This document shows positions 11,487 to 21,761 of a stretch of DNA of 64,000 nt, piece after piece. The stretch is taken from NCBI GenBank assembly GCA_963727895.1, contig CAVSHT010000012.1, positions 256,001 to 320,000 of the forward strand, in the 5' to 3' direction. This DNA is from an uncultured Methanosarcinaceae archaeon. GTDB lineage: Archaea; Halobacteriota; Methanosarcinia; Methanosarcinales; Methanosarcinaceae. A program made the position numbers and the translations under genes. Every line of letters starts with the position of its first letter. Within the stretch, counting starts at the first letter, position 1. The notes beneath the pieces are model-generated. The model made no database searches. It was not told the origin of the DNA and saw only the letters and a list, made by a program, of their open reading frames with translations.

Positions 11487-12869
11487 ATGGTAAAAGAATA
11501 TAAGACAATCACTCAGATTGCAGGACCACTTATCTTTGTTGAAAAAACAGAGCCTGTGGGTTACAAAGAAATAGTTACTGTCAATCTGCCTGACGGGACC
11601 AGCCGCAGAGGTGAAGTGCTGGACTCGTCTTCAGACATAGTGGTTATCCAAATTTTTGAAGGTACTACTGGTCTGGACAAGAATTGTGGTGTAGTCTTCA
11701 CAGGGGAAACCCTGAAGCTCCCTGCATCCATTGACCTTCTCGGAAGGATCCTTTCAGGTTCAGGAGAACCACTTGACGGTGGACCCCGGATTGTGCCTGA
11801 CCAGCTTCTGGACATCAACGGAGCTGCGATGAACCCATATGCTAGGCTGCCTCCAAAGGATTTCATCCAGACAGGTATCTCCACAATAGACGGAACAAAC
11901 ACCCTTGTTCGTGGACAGAAACTGCCTATTTTCTCAGCTTCAGGTCTTCCACACAATGAAATTGCTCTGCAGATTGCAAGGCAGGCATCAGTGCCAGGTT
12001 CTGAATCTGCTTTCGCAGTAGTTTTCGCAGCAATGGGTATTACAAATGAAGAAGCTCAGTACTTCATGAACGACTTCGAAAAGACTGGGGCTCTTGAAAG
12101 GGCTGTTGTGTTCCTCAACCTGGCAGATGACCCTGCTGTCGAACGTATAGTCACTCCTCGTATGGCTCTGACTGCAGCTGAATATCTGGCATACGAACAC
12201 GGCATGCACGTACTTGTCATTCTGACTGACATTACTAACTATGCAGAAGCTCTTCGTCAGATGGGTGCCGCTCGTAACGAAATTCCTGGTCGTCGTGGGT
12301 ATCCTGGTTACATGTACACTGACCTTGCAACTCTCTATGAGCGTGCAGGTATTGTAAAGGGCGCAAAGGGGTCAGTTACCCAGATTCCAATTCTTTCGAT
12401 GCCTGGTGATGATATTACCCACCCGATTCCTGACCTGTCCGGATATATTACCGAAGGGCAGATTGTGGTTTCAAGAGAACTGCACAGGAAAGGTATCTAC
12501 CCGCCAATTAATGTGCTGCCTTCTCTGTCAAGGCTGATGAACTCCGGTATCGGAGCAGGCAAGACTAGAGAAGACCACAAGGCAGTTTCTGACCAGATGT
12601 ATGCAGGTTATGCAGAAGGGCGTGACCTGAGAGGTCTCGTGGCTATCGTCGGTAAAGAAGCTCTGTCTGAGAGAGATGTCAAGTTCCTTGAGTTTGCTGA
12701 CCTTTTCGAGGACCAGTTTGTCCGCCAGGGCAGAAACGAAAACAGGACAATTGAAGACACTCTGGACATTGGATGGAAGATCCTTGCACACCTGCCTGAA
12801 AACCAGCTGGGTAGGATTGATAACAAATACATCCAGAAATACCATCCTGCACACAGAAAGGGTCAGTGA
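11487..12869 (+). CDS. ahaB: A1A0 ATP synthase subunit B
   Basis: [28 protein letters not shown]. Confidence 0.98.
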   Translation: MVKEYKTITQIAGPLIFVEKTEPVGYKEIVTVNLPDGTSRRGEVLDSSSDIVVIQIFEGTTGLDKNCGVVFTGETLKLPASIDLLGRILSGSGEPLDGGPRIVPDQLLDINGAAMNPYARLPPKDFIQTGISTIDGTNTLVRGQKLPIFSASGLPHNEIALQIARQASVPGSESAFAVVFAAMGITNEEAQYFMNDFEKTGALERAVVFLNLADDPAVERIVTPRMALTAAEYLAYEHGMHVLVILTDITNYAEALRQMGAARNEIPGRRGYPGYMYTDLATLYERAGIVKGAKGSVTQIPILSMPGDDITHPIPDLSGYITEGQIVVSRELHRKGIYPPINVLPSLSRLMNSGIGAGKTREDHKAVSDQMYAGYAEGRDLRGLVAIVGKEALSERDVKFLEFADLFEDQFVRQGRNENRTIEDTLDIGWKILAHLPENQLGRIDNKYIQKYHPAHRKGQ

Positions 12870-12874
12870 TTACC

Positions 12875-13498
12875 ATGGCTCAAGACGTAAAACCAACTCG
12901 GTCGGAGCTGATTGAGCTCAAGAAAAAAATCAAGCTCTCTGAAAGTGGGCACAAGCTCCTTAAGATGAAGAGAGATGGTCTTATTCTTGAGTTCTTCAAG
13001 ATTCTTAACGAGGCAAGGAACGTCAGAACCGAACTGGACGCTGCCTATCTAAACGCTTCAGAAAAAATCAATCTTGCCTCTGCTGTAAATGGAATGGTTG
13101 CAGTCAAGTCAACCTCCTTTACAGCAAAGGAATCTCCCGAAATTCAGCTTTCAGGACACAATATCATGGGTGTTGTGGTGCCCAAGATCAGCTCTACAGG
13201 AGTCCGTAAATCTCTTACCGAGAGGGGTTACGGTATTATTGGGACAAATTCATATATTGATGAGACAGCAGACGCCTATGAGGATCTGGTGGAAAAAATC
13301 ATTACTGCAGCAGAGCTGGAAACGACAATGAAAAGGCTTCTTGATGAAATCGAGAAGACCAAGAGACGTGTAAACGCTCTCGAATTCAAAGTTATTCCGG
13401 ACCTCATTGCAACCATGAAGTACATTCGTTTTACTCTAGAAGAGATGGAAAGGGAAGGTACTTCTAGGCTGAAGAGAGTCAAGGAGAGAATGAAATAA
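12875..13498 (+). CDS. ahaD: A1A0 ATP synthase subunit D
   Basis: PTRSEL...GHKLLKMKRD...KTKRRVNALE. Confidence 0.96.
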   Translation: MAQDVKPTRSELIELKKKIKLSESGHKLLKMKRDGLILEFFKILNEARNVRTELDAAYLNASEKINLASAVNGMVAVKSTSFTAKESPEIQLSGHNIMGVVVPKISSTGVRKSLTERGYGIIGTNSYIDETADAYEDLVEKIITAAELETTMKRLLDEIEKTKRRVNALEFKVIPDLIATMKYIRFTLEEMEREGTSRLKRVKERMK

Positions 13499-13514
13499 TC
13501 AAGCTTGATTTGAA

Positions 13515-13679
13515 ATGACTGCGTGTGATGATCAACCAAATCTGGTTGAAAGAGCAGTATTTAAGTTGGGTGAACCCAAAAACCAGGCCCGCCTGTTGCA
13601 GGTGGCCTGGAGGATTTCCCTTTTGATGATGGTTTTGGGTTTCATCATTATGATAAGAACAATTTCTCCTTATATGTGA
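13515..13679 (+). CDS. ahaG: Small membrane protein, 54 aa, ahaG-like
   Basis: Hand-translated MTACDDQPNLVERAVFKLGEPKNQARLLQVAWRISLLMMVLGFIIMIRTISPYM, 16 nt after ahaD, one C-terminal TM helix. Position and size match the small ahaG ORF described in M. mazei. Confidence 0.7.
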   Translation: MTACDDQPNLVERAVFKLGEPKNQARLLQVAWRISLLMMVLGFIIMIRTISPYM

Positions 13680-15107
13680 CCTGAATTCAGGATAATTCTT
13701 ATCTGGGATACAGGCACAGATTTCTGTTTTATTTAATGTCTTCTCAGTTAAAGTGTGGCTTTTGTATCTGTTTTTTATAATTAGTGTTTTACTTTTTTAT
13801 TACTCTGGATTGAGGTTCAATACATTATATGCTTGAAAATTTTCTTAAATCAGTGTGTATTCATATAACCAGTTACTTTTTCGATTATACATAAAGGAAA
13901 CTTTGTAACGGTAAGTGTGAATTTTATCTGGTAATAAACAGAAAATTGGGTGAAGAATATTTTCCATCAAAATATAAAAATCCATTCAGGGCACAACTCG
14001 GTGACAATAGTTGCCTAAGTGGAATTAATTAGGGAGGAAGGATATTTCCGGTTCCGGATAATTGTGGCGTTTTACACAAAAACTTTATATGTCATTGACG
14101 GATCATCGAGGTTTGCTTGAAAGATCATCTCTTAAATAAAGATATAGTGTATTCTTTCAACCATGAGAACATCTACGTCTCAATGTTATAACAGAATTTC
14201 AAAAGAATCTTCCTCCTATAATATTCACAACAGATGTAGACTAACCTATCAAGATAATATATCTACTCTGTTTTAAAAAATATATACAACATCGTAAAAA
14301 ATAAGGACTGAATTGACTTTAAGATGATTAAAGGATCTGAATTTTGATAGCTTTCAAGTATTTTTCAAATAAATGAAAAATTCTGACATTTGTGGGGGAT
14401 TGAAAGGAAATGTTAACTTCACTTGTGTGCTTTCAAAAATGTACACTTTAAGCATCTTATTTTGTCTGCTTCAAATTTCCAGTAAAAAACAAATCTACTT
14501 GATGACCTCCATCGCTCAAAATAAAGCCCTCCAAGTATTTCACCATATGTAATTAAAAAGCCCCTCTAATTGAATAATTGCCTCCTATTTTTTGACCCCA
14601 TTGATTTGATTAACGAGGGGAAAAAAATAGTTCTCTTTTATAAAATCAATTTGCAGAGAAAATTGATATGACAATTATAAAATTACAGTAGTTCAAAAAT
14701 TAAGATCGGTGAAGGTATATGCAATTAAATATAACTGTGATCTGCAAGTGCATCCCGGAATACTAAAGGGAGTACATCTATCTAAACAAGTTCGAAAAAA
14801 AGATCCTTCAGTGCCAGAAAAGTGAAAATAGGTATATTAAAACTGGCATAACTCAAAAGCTCTTTGGAGAGAGCTTTAAAAAAGTGAAAAAGGATTGAAA
14901 ATTCAGCTTGTTGAATAAACCAGTACATCACCACAAAGTTATCCAATCCCCCTCAATGAAAAGAATTCGATCTGGAGGTTTTCGAATTCTTTGACATTGT
15001 ATTCAAGAAGTGTCCAGCAAAAAACAGCTTAGACTTCAGGGAGATGTAACTTGCAAGGTCAACGATCTGAGCAATCCGAGGCCTTTTTGCTAAATGGAGG
15101 TTAAAAT

Positions 15108-15885
15108 ATGTTGGATTTAAAACTGGAAGACATTGACGGCATATTAGTACGCTACAACGTCGCCCTCGAAAAGGAAATGACACCTGATGAAGCCGCAGAA
15201 GAGCTTTATCCCAAAGACGAACTCATCTACCCGGTTGCAAAAGCAATCTACGAGGGTGAAGAAGATGACGTAGTTGACGCACTTCAAGGCCGCAATCGAT
15301 GCAGGCAAGAAGCCAATCGATCTTATCGACGATGCCCTGATGGTAGGAATGGGAGTTGTAACCCAGCTCTACGATGATGGTATCATTTTCCTCCCGAACG
15401 TTATGATGTCCGCTGATGCTATGCTTGCAGGAATCGACTTCTGCAAGAGCCAGACAACTGAAGTTCCCGAACCAAAGGGTAAGGTTGTCTGCCATGTTGC
15501 AGAAGGTGACGTCCATGACATCGGAAAGAACATTGTTGCTGCCCTTCTGAGAGCAAATGGCTACGAGGTAATTGACCTTGGAAGAGATGTTCCTGTAGAC
15601 GAAGTAATCACTGCAGTTACAAAAGAGAAGCCAATGATGCTCACAGGTACTGCTCTTATGACAACCACCATGTATGCATTCAAGGAAGTTAACGACAAGC
15701 TCCTTGAAAAGGGAATAAAGATCCCATTCGCATGTGGTGGCGGTGCTGTGAACCAGGACTTCGTGTCTCAGTATGAACTTGGGGTTTATGGTGAAGAAGC
15801 TGCAGACGCCCCAAAGATTGCTGACGCAATCGTTGCAGGTAAGGCAGATATCACAGCATTAAGAGAGGAGTTCCACAAACACTGA
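15108..15885 (+). CDS. mtaC: Methanol corrinoid protein, split by a frameshift near 15285-15290
   Basis: RYNVALEKEMTPDEAAEELYPKDELIYP in the first ORF; B12-binding DVHDIG and the EEFHKH end in the second ORF. Confidence 0.95.
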
Positions 15886-15898
15886 GGAGGGAGCAAAA

Positions 15899-17286
15899 AT
15901 GGTAAAAAAATACACTTCAATGGCTTACGCTAACGCAGATGAACTGATTTTCGGGCAATCAAAATTCCCTGTAAAGGCAGGGCTTGGCCTTGAAATTGGT
16001 GCCGGTTACACGACTCCCGAAGTAAACTATGCCCCAAGACCTGGAGCCGGCGTATCCAAAGAAAAGCTCGTAAAGGAATACGAGAGAATTACCACTGACA
16101 TTATGGCAAGGATGGTCCAGATCGGAGCTCCCTCTGTTGTGCTTGAAACTGAACACGTTCAGCAGATGTCCAACAATCCTGAATGGGGAGGAGCTGTTGC
16201 ACATGCCCAGAAGACCATCATGGAAGAATACCATGATGAATATGGCATAAAATGTGCACTCCGCCATACAATTGGTGACATTCGTGAAGACCGAGACTAC
16301 CTCCAGCTCTGAGAGGCGACAAATACTCTGTCTTCCTTGAAGCTTTTGAGGAAGCTGCTAAGAATGGTGCAGACCTTCTTGCAGTTGAGTCAATGGGTGG
16401 TAAGGAAGTTTTCGACTATTCTATTCTGAGAAACGACACTGCAGGTATCCTCTTCGGAATCGGTGTTCTCGGCAGCATGGATATGGAAATGATCTGGAGT
16501 GACATTTCAGATATTGCAAAGAAGACCGGAACTGTATCTTCAGGTGATACTGACTGTGCCCAGGCAAACACTGCAATGTTCATTGCAGGCGGTCTGCTTG
16601 ACAAGAACCTTGCCCACACAACTGCAATCGTTGCAAGGGCAATCTCTGCAGCAAGATCTCTGTGTGCATATGAAGCCGGTGCAGTAGGCCCTGGAAAGGA
16701 CTGTGGGTACGAGAACAGCATCATAAAGGCCATTTCAGGTGTGCCAATAGCTCAGGAAGGTAAGACCTCAACCTGTGCTCACTCCGACCTGATGGGTAAC
16801 ATTGTTATGCAGTGCTGTGACCTCTGGTCCAACGAGTCTGTAGAGTATCACGGTGAATTCGGTGGTACAACTGTCCAGTGCTGGTCTGAAACCCTGGCAT
16901 ACGACTGTTCCATGATGAACGTTGCGCTTAAGACCGGAAAAGCAAAGGATCTCAGAGACATTCTCGTGCTCTCTGACAAATACAGAGACCCACAGGGTTA
17001 TGTGATTGCCTACGACAATGCCTACAAGGTAGGACAGGCAATCGCAAAAGACGGAACAAACAACTATCTCCGTGCAAAGAATGCAGCAATCGAATGTTGC
17101 AACATTGTCGAAGAAGGTGTCAACTCTGGCAAGCTCAGGCTTACAAGGTTCGAAACCAGTGCTCTTGCAAAGGTAAAGGCTGACCTCGTAGCTCTCACTG
17201 ATGATGCTGACCAGTTCATGAGCGATAACCTGACCAAGTTTAAGCAGGAAGTTGCAGTTTTCAAACCCGAAAACTATGGGCTCTAA
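15899..17286 (+). CDS. mtaB: Methanol:corrinoid methyltransferase, split by a frameshift near 16307-16312
   Basis: KKYTSMAY...PEVNYAPRP, DTDCAQAN, GPGKDCGYE. The gene neighbourhood resembles the mtaCB2 locus. Confidence 0.95.
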
Positions 17287-17295
17287 GCCCTAAAC

Positions 17296-17313
17296 TTCTT
17301 TTTTTTATTTTTT
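17296..17313 (+). terminator. Oligo-T archaeal terminator candidate after mtaB
   Basis: TTCTTTTTTTTATTTTTT directly after the stop codon. Confidence 0.5.
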
Positions 17314-17336
17314 AAAACTGGCTTCAGGTGAAAACC

Positions 17337-17915
17337 ATGAGCGAAAACGTAGGAACTGTAATAGTTGACAAAACTGCAAATGCTGCGCCCCTTGGTTTTA
17401 CCGGCCTTGGTCTTGCAGCAGTTCTATTAAGTCTGAGCTACATAGGGATATATCCTGTAGAATCGATGATTGTTTCCATGGCAATATTTTTAGGCGGGTT
17501 TGCCCAGGTGTTTGCAGGAATTATGTCCTGGAAAAAAGGAGATATTTTTGCAGGAACTGCATTCTCAGCCTTTGGCCTGTTCTGGTTTTCGCTGGCTGGA
17601 CTGCTTGTTATGCCTGCAGTTGGCTGGGCTAAAGCTTCATCCGGAACTGCTATGGCCGCATATCTCTTTATCTGGGGTGTATATACCTTTGTTATGCTGA
17701 TTGTTACTATGAAAATTGGAATCCGTGCTCTTCAGTTTGTATTTGTTACGTTATTCTTATTGTTTATATTGCTAGCTGTTGTAAACGCAACCGGAAGTAC
17801 AGGGTTACTTGTAGTGGCTGGCTATGTAGGCCTTATTATGGGTCTTGGAGCTCTTTACACAGCTCTAGGCATGGTAATGAATGAAATCTACGGGAAAACT
17901 GTAATTCCACTATAA
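17337..17915 (+). CDS. GPR1/FUN34/YaaH (SatP/AceTr) family acetate channel homolog
   Basis: ANAAPLGF signature variant, about six TM segments, AFGLFWFS. Confidence 0.9.
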   Translation: MSENVGTVIVDKTANAAPLGFTGLGLAAVLLSLSYIGIYPVESMIVSMAIFLGGFAQVFAGIMSWKKGDIFAGTAFSAFGLFWFSLAGLLVMPAVGWAKASSGTAMAAYLFIWGVYTFVMLIVTMKIGIRALQFVFVTLFLLFILLAVVNATGSTGLLVVAGYVGLIMGLGALYTALGMVMNEIYGKTVIPL

Positions 17916-18060
17916 TAGTAAGTTAATCAGCTATAGTAAGTTAATCAGCATTTAATGAACAAAAATTTAATACCGGAAAAAAAATCTGTACCAACCTCGA
18001 GATCTGTATTAAATCAATAAATAACAACGAGAACAGATCAGTAAACCAAATAAATTAGGT

Positions 18061-18086
18061 AAGCACAGATCTCTAATCTGTGCTTT
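18061..18086 (+). terminator. Hairpin terminator candidate
   Basis: AAGCACAGAT-CTCTA-ATCTGTGCTTT. Confidence 0.45.
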
Positions 18087-18318
18087 CTATTCCTCCTAAT
18101 ATTATTACATGAGTGACTAAATCTCTATGTTGTGATCGTTAGAGACAGAAAGGTACTCGAGGGCCTATTCAATTTTTAGGTATTACATTTTTATTTTAAT
18201 TGGCCTGTATAAAAAGATCTGCTAAACTCTTTTAAGAAAAAGCCTGACTTAAATCAAACTACATAAGATGTCCGCGTTATGAATAAATATTAGAAAACTT
18301 GTTTACGGTGAGCTTCAA

Positions 18319-19278
18319 ATGCAAGTGGGTAAAGAGCTTTACGCAACTCAAGATATTTCTTATACAAGGCTTACTTTGAGCTTTACACTCATGTTGTTCA
18401 AATTACTTGCTGGGCTTTTGGGAAACAGTACTTTGCTTATTGTTGATTCTATTCGTTCCTTCTCCGAATTTCTCAATGAATATGTAAAAATTCTGGATAT
18501 TTCTATTGCAAGCAAGCCTGGAGATAAAAGTCACAACTATGGACATGGAAAAATCACAACTCTCTGTATGGGAACAGGGGCTTTAATTCTTCTTATTGCA
18601 AGTTTTCGTGCAATTTTCTTGAGTTCTGAGGAATTGTTCATATTTTTACAGGGTAATGATCCAGATATCTATAAAATTATTGCATTCTATGCAGCGATTA
18701 TAGCTTTTGTGTTAAAAAATGCTGTGAATATCTTGGAAGGAATATTTAAATCACAGGCGAAAAATACTCCATTAAAGGTTCATATTTCTTCTAAAGACTT
18801 ATTAATGTCTGGATTTGTAATCCTTGGTACAGGGTGTACACTCCTGCCTATAAAAGGTTTTAATATAATAGATTATTTTGCTGCATTTCTGTTAAGCCTC
18901 TATCTTCTTTGGACGTCAGGCAGGCTTTTCTATCGAAACATAAACGAGTTGATAGAAGCTTCACTTGAAGAAGAAAATAACCTGAAAATCAGGGAGATTA
19001 TCAATAAAACTGAAAACGTTACAGGTTCTGGGGAACTTAAAACCCGCAGGATCGGGAAGGGGATAGCGATCAATGCCTGTGTCTACGTTAATAGTTCTCT
19101 TAATGTCTGCGAAGCTGCTGATATTGCAAACTTAGTAGAAGAGAGGCTCAAAACAGCTTTTTCAGAAGAAATCTATACACTTATAAAAATTGAACCCAAC
19201 TTTAGAAAGAACCAATCTTTCAAAAACAATAGTGGCTCTTTGGAAGAAGAAAGATGGAAAAGAGCAACGTTATTTTGA
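18319..19278 (+). CDS. Cation diffusion facilitator family transporter (divergent)
   Basis: KPGDKSHNYGHGK, LKTRRIG, C-terminal dimerisation domain. Confidence 0.85.
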   Translation: MQVGKELYATQDISYTRLTLSFTLMLFKLLAGLLGNSTLLIVDSIRSFSEFLNEYVKILDISIASKPGDKSHNYGHGKITTLCMGTGALILLIASFRAIFLSSEELFIFLQGNDPDIYKIIAFYAAIIAFVLKNAVNILEGIFKSQAKNTPLKVHISSKDLLMSGFVILGTGCTLLPIKGFNIIDYFAAFLLSLYLLWTSGRLFYRNINELIEASLEEENNLKIREIINKTENVTGSGELKTRRIGKGIAINACVYVNSSLNVCEAADIANLVEERLKTAFSEEIYTLIKIEPNFRKNQSFKNNSGSLEEERWKRATLF

Positions 19279-19597
19279 ATCAAAAAATATAGAAAAAATA
19301 ATATAATATGGCAATAAGAATGTGAAACACTTACCTGATAAACTAATAGTTAAGAAAATAGTTAACGATCTAATAGTTAAGGATATAGTCAAAGTATTGA
19401 TTTTAAGCCCTGTAACTATTCTTTTAACTAAACAGTGTTTAACAGCTGTTCATAATCCTATATACAGGTTTAAACTTACTGAATTACTGAATTCTAACAC
19501 TTAGTTTGCTAAAAAATATTATTATTCACTTTAATTCTCTCTAAATGAGTAATCTTGAAACCCTGAGAATTATATATAATCTCAAAAGAGGTTGAAA

Positions 19598-21607
19598 ATG
19601 TACTTCAGTCTTGGAATCGATGCAGGAGGTACGTATACTGATGCTGTTATCGTTAAAGATTCAGACGGATCTGTGGTCGAGTCCAGTAAAGCATTAACTA
19701 CTTATCCAGATCCGCTTCCTGGAATGAAAAACGCTATTGGCGTATTGAATCCTGAATTTCTTAGAGATATTAAGTTGGTATCTGTATCTACAACTCTGTC
19801 TACAAATACTATCCTGGAAAACACTGGTTTTCCTGTAGGGTTAATTATGGTAGGCGATTATGTAATTCCGGATGAACTCCCTACAGACTATTGGATATCA
19901 ATTTCAGGTGGGCATAACAGTGATGGTGAAGAGCTAAAAGCTCTTGACATTGATTCCGTAAAAGAATTTGCCTTCAGGGTAAAAGACAAGGTTTCAGCTT
20001 TTGCAGTTTCTTCTTATTTCAGCAACCGCAACTCTGAACACGAGCTTGCTGTCAAAAAAGCCGTAAAAGAACTTACAGGGCATCCTGTAGTTTGCGGGCA
20101 CGAGCTTTCCCAGGATCTTGGTGCCTATGAAAGAGCCATAACTGCGTTTCTTAATGCCCAATTAATTCCTATAACTCATAAGTTTATTCAGGCAATAGTT
20201 AAAGAATTCGAAATCCGCGGTATAAATGGAAACTTGCTGATGCTGAAGTGCGATGGGTCAGTAGTGGGAATTAAAGAAGCCCTGGAAAAACCCATTGAGA
20301 CGATATTCTCAGGACCTGCTGCAAGTCTTGTAGGTGCATCTCACCTGAGCAAGCTCAATACCTGTGTTATGATCGATGTTGGCGGCACGAGTACTGATGT
20401 GGCTATGATGGTAAATGGGCTTCCACAACTCAGTAGTTCAGGTGCCGTTGTTGGGGGCTGGCGAACCCGTGTAAAAGCTATCCGTATGGAGACCTCTGCA
20501 ACTGGTGGAGATAGTCATATCTGGCTAAAAGGAGACCGAATTTATATTGGCCCTCGTCGGGTAATTCCACTCTGTAGAGCTTCAGTTATATATCCCGGTT
20601 TCAAGGAAAAATTGAAGCAGAACAGGGTTGCAAAAGGGTATCTCTGTGAAAGCATCCAGGTAACAAAATTTTATGTCAGGACCGACTTCAGACCTATCGA
20701 ATTAAAATCTGGAGAGTGGGAAATCTACAGGCACATTGGAAAAGAACCTGTATCCTTTGGGGACCTACTCATAGCCCTGAAAAAACGTCCTTCTCCATCA
20801 ATGCTTGACTCATTAATCCAGAAAAGATTGATCCAGGCAATAGGCTTTACGCCTACTGATGCTCTGCATATGCTCGGGGAATATACCGAATGGGATGTCG
20901 AAGCTGCCAAAATTGGGGCTTCTATGCTTGGAAGAACACTCAAGCAGAGCCCTGAGACTTTCAGTGCGGAAGCAAAGCGCAGGGTTGCACGTAACATTGC
21001 TGAAGATCTGATTGCTTATCTTATAGAAGGAATGCCAAGGAACGAGATTGATAGGGTTCTTCTCGGAAGGAACTTTACCCGCTTTAGGGTTGAAATTCCT
21101 GTGGTGCTTCTTGGAGGGCCTGTAAAAGCATATGTTGAGGATCTGAGAAGCCTGATTAATGCAGATTTTATAGTTCCTGCGTATTCTGAAGTTGGCAACG
21201 CTGTTGGAGCTCTTGTTGGAAAAGGAATTAAAAGAGTAGAGATTCTTATCAAAACAAAAGTTATACCCAAGTCCTACGAAGGTGAAGCTAAGAGTACAGA
21301 TAATGAGATTCATGAGAAGTGTACTTCAGAAAATATCCTGCAGTATGAAACGAAAAACGAGTTTATTGTCTTTTCTCCAGCCGAAAGAACAAAGTTTGAA
21401 GTTTATAATGAAGCCGTTGAATACGCAGAAAATCATGGAAGACAGCTCATCATGGATTACATGGTTAGTGCAGGACTTCAAAAGGAGAAGATCAAAATAG
21501 ATGTTAGCAGAAGCAAACTGGCTCCAAGCGGCTGGACTGGAGTGCCACTAGAAACAAAATTTGTTTTCGTAGGTATAGGGATCCCGAAAACTACGATTAC
21601 GACTTGA
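19598..21607 (+). CDS. Hydantoinase/oxoprolinase A-type protein
   Basis: GIDAGGTYTD, SGPAAS, DVGGTSTD, TPTDA. Confidence 0.92.
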   Translation: MYFSLGIDAGGTYTDAVIVKDSDGSVVESSKALTTYPDPLPGMKNAIGVLNPEFLRDIKLVSVSTTLSTNTILENTGFPVGLIMVGDYVIPDELPTDYWISISGGHNSDGEELKALDIDSVKEFAFRVKDKVSAFAVSSYFSNRNSEHELAVKKAVKELTGHPVVCGHELSQDLGAYERAITAFLNAQLIPITHKFIQAIVKEFEIRGINGNLLMLKCDGSVVGIKEALEKPIETIFSGPAASLVGASHLSKLNTCVMIDVGGTSTDVAMMVNGLPQLSSSGAVVGGWRTRVKAIRMETSATGGDSHIWLKGDRIYIGPRRVIPLCRASVIYPGFKEKLKQNRVAKGYLCESIQVTKFYVRTDFRPIELKSGEWEIYRHIGKEPVSFGDLLIALKKRPSPSMLDSLIQKRLIQAIGFTPTDALHMLGEYTEWDVEAAKIGASMLGRTLKQSPETFSAEAKRRVARNIAEDLIAYLIEGMPRNEIDRVLLGRNFTRFRVEIPVVLLGGPVKAYVEDLRSLINADFIVPAYSEVGNAVGALVGKGIKRVEILIKTKVIPKSYEGEAKSTDNEIHEKCTSENILQYETKNEFIVFSPAERTKFEVYNEAVEYAENHGRQLIMDYMVSAGLQKEKIKIDVSRSKLAPSGWTGVPLETKFVFVGIGIPKTTITT

Positions 21608-21761
21608 AGGGTAAAGATAAATCTGGAATTAAATAAACGGATATTATAAGCAGGGATAAACATCCTGATAAATAATTTCGTAAATCTGGATAAAAAGAAT
21701 GTATAAAGTTAAAAAAGGATCTGAGTTGTATAATATAAAGTAAAAATGGGGCTGTTTTGAC

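Noticed and set aside
9874..13539. Many antisense and alternate-frame ORFs inside aha genes (and similar ones across the window)
   Set aside because: Shadow ORFs of well-supported genes.
16310..16312. Selenocysteine or pyrrolysine recoding at the mtaB internal stop
   Set aside because: The stop is TGA and the downstream half is in a different frame, so a small indel explains it. MtaB is not a pyrrolysine protein.
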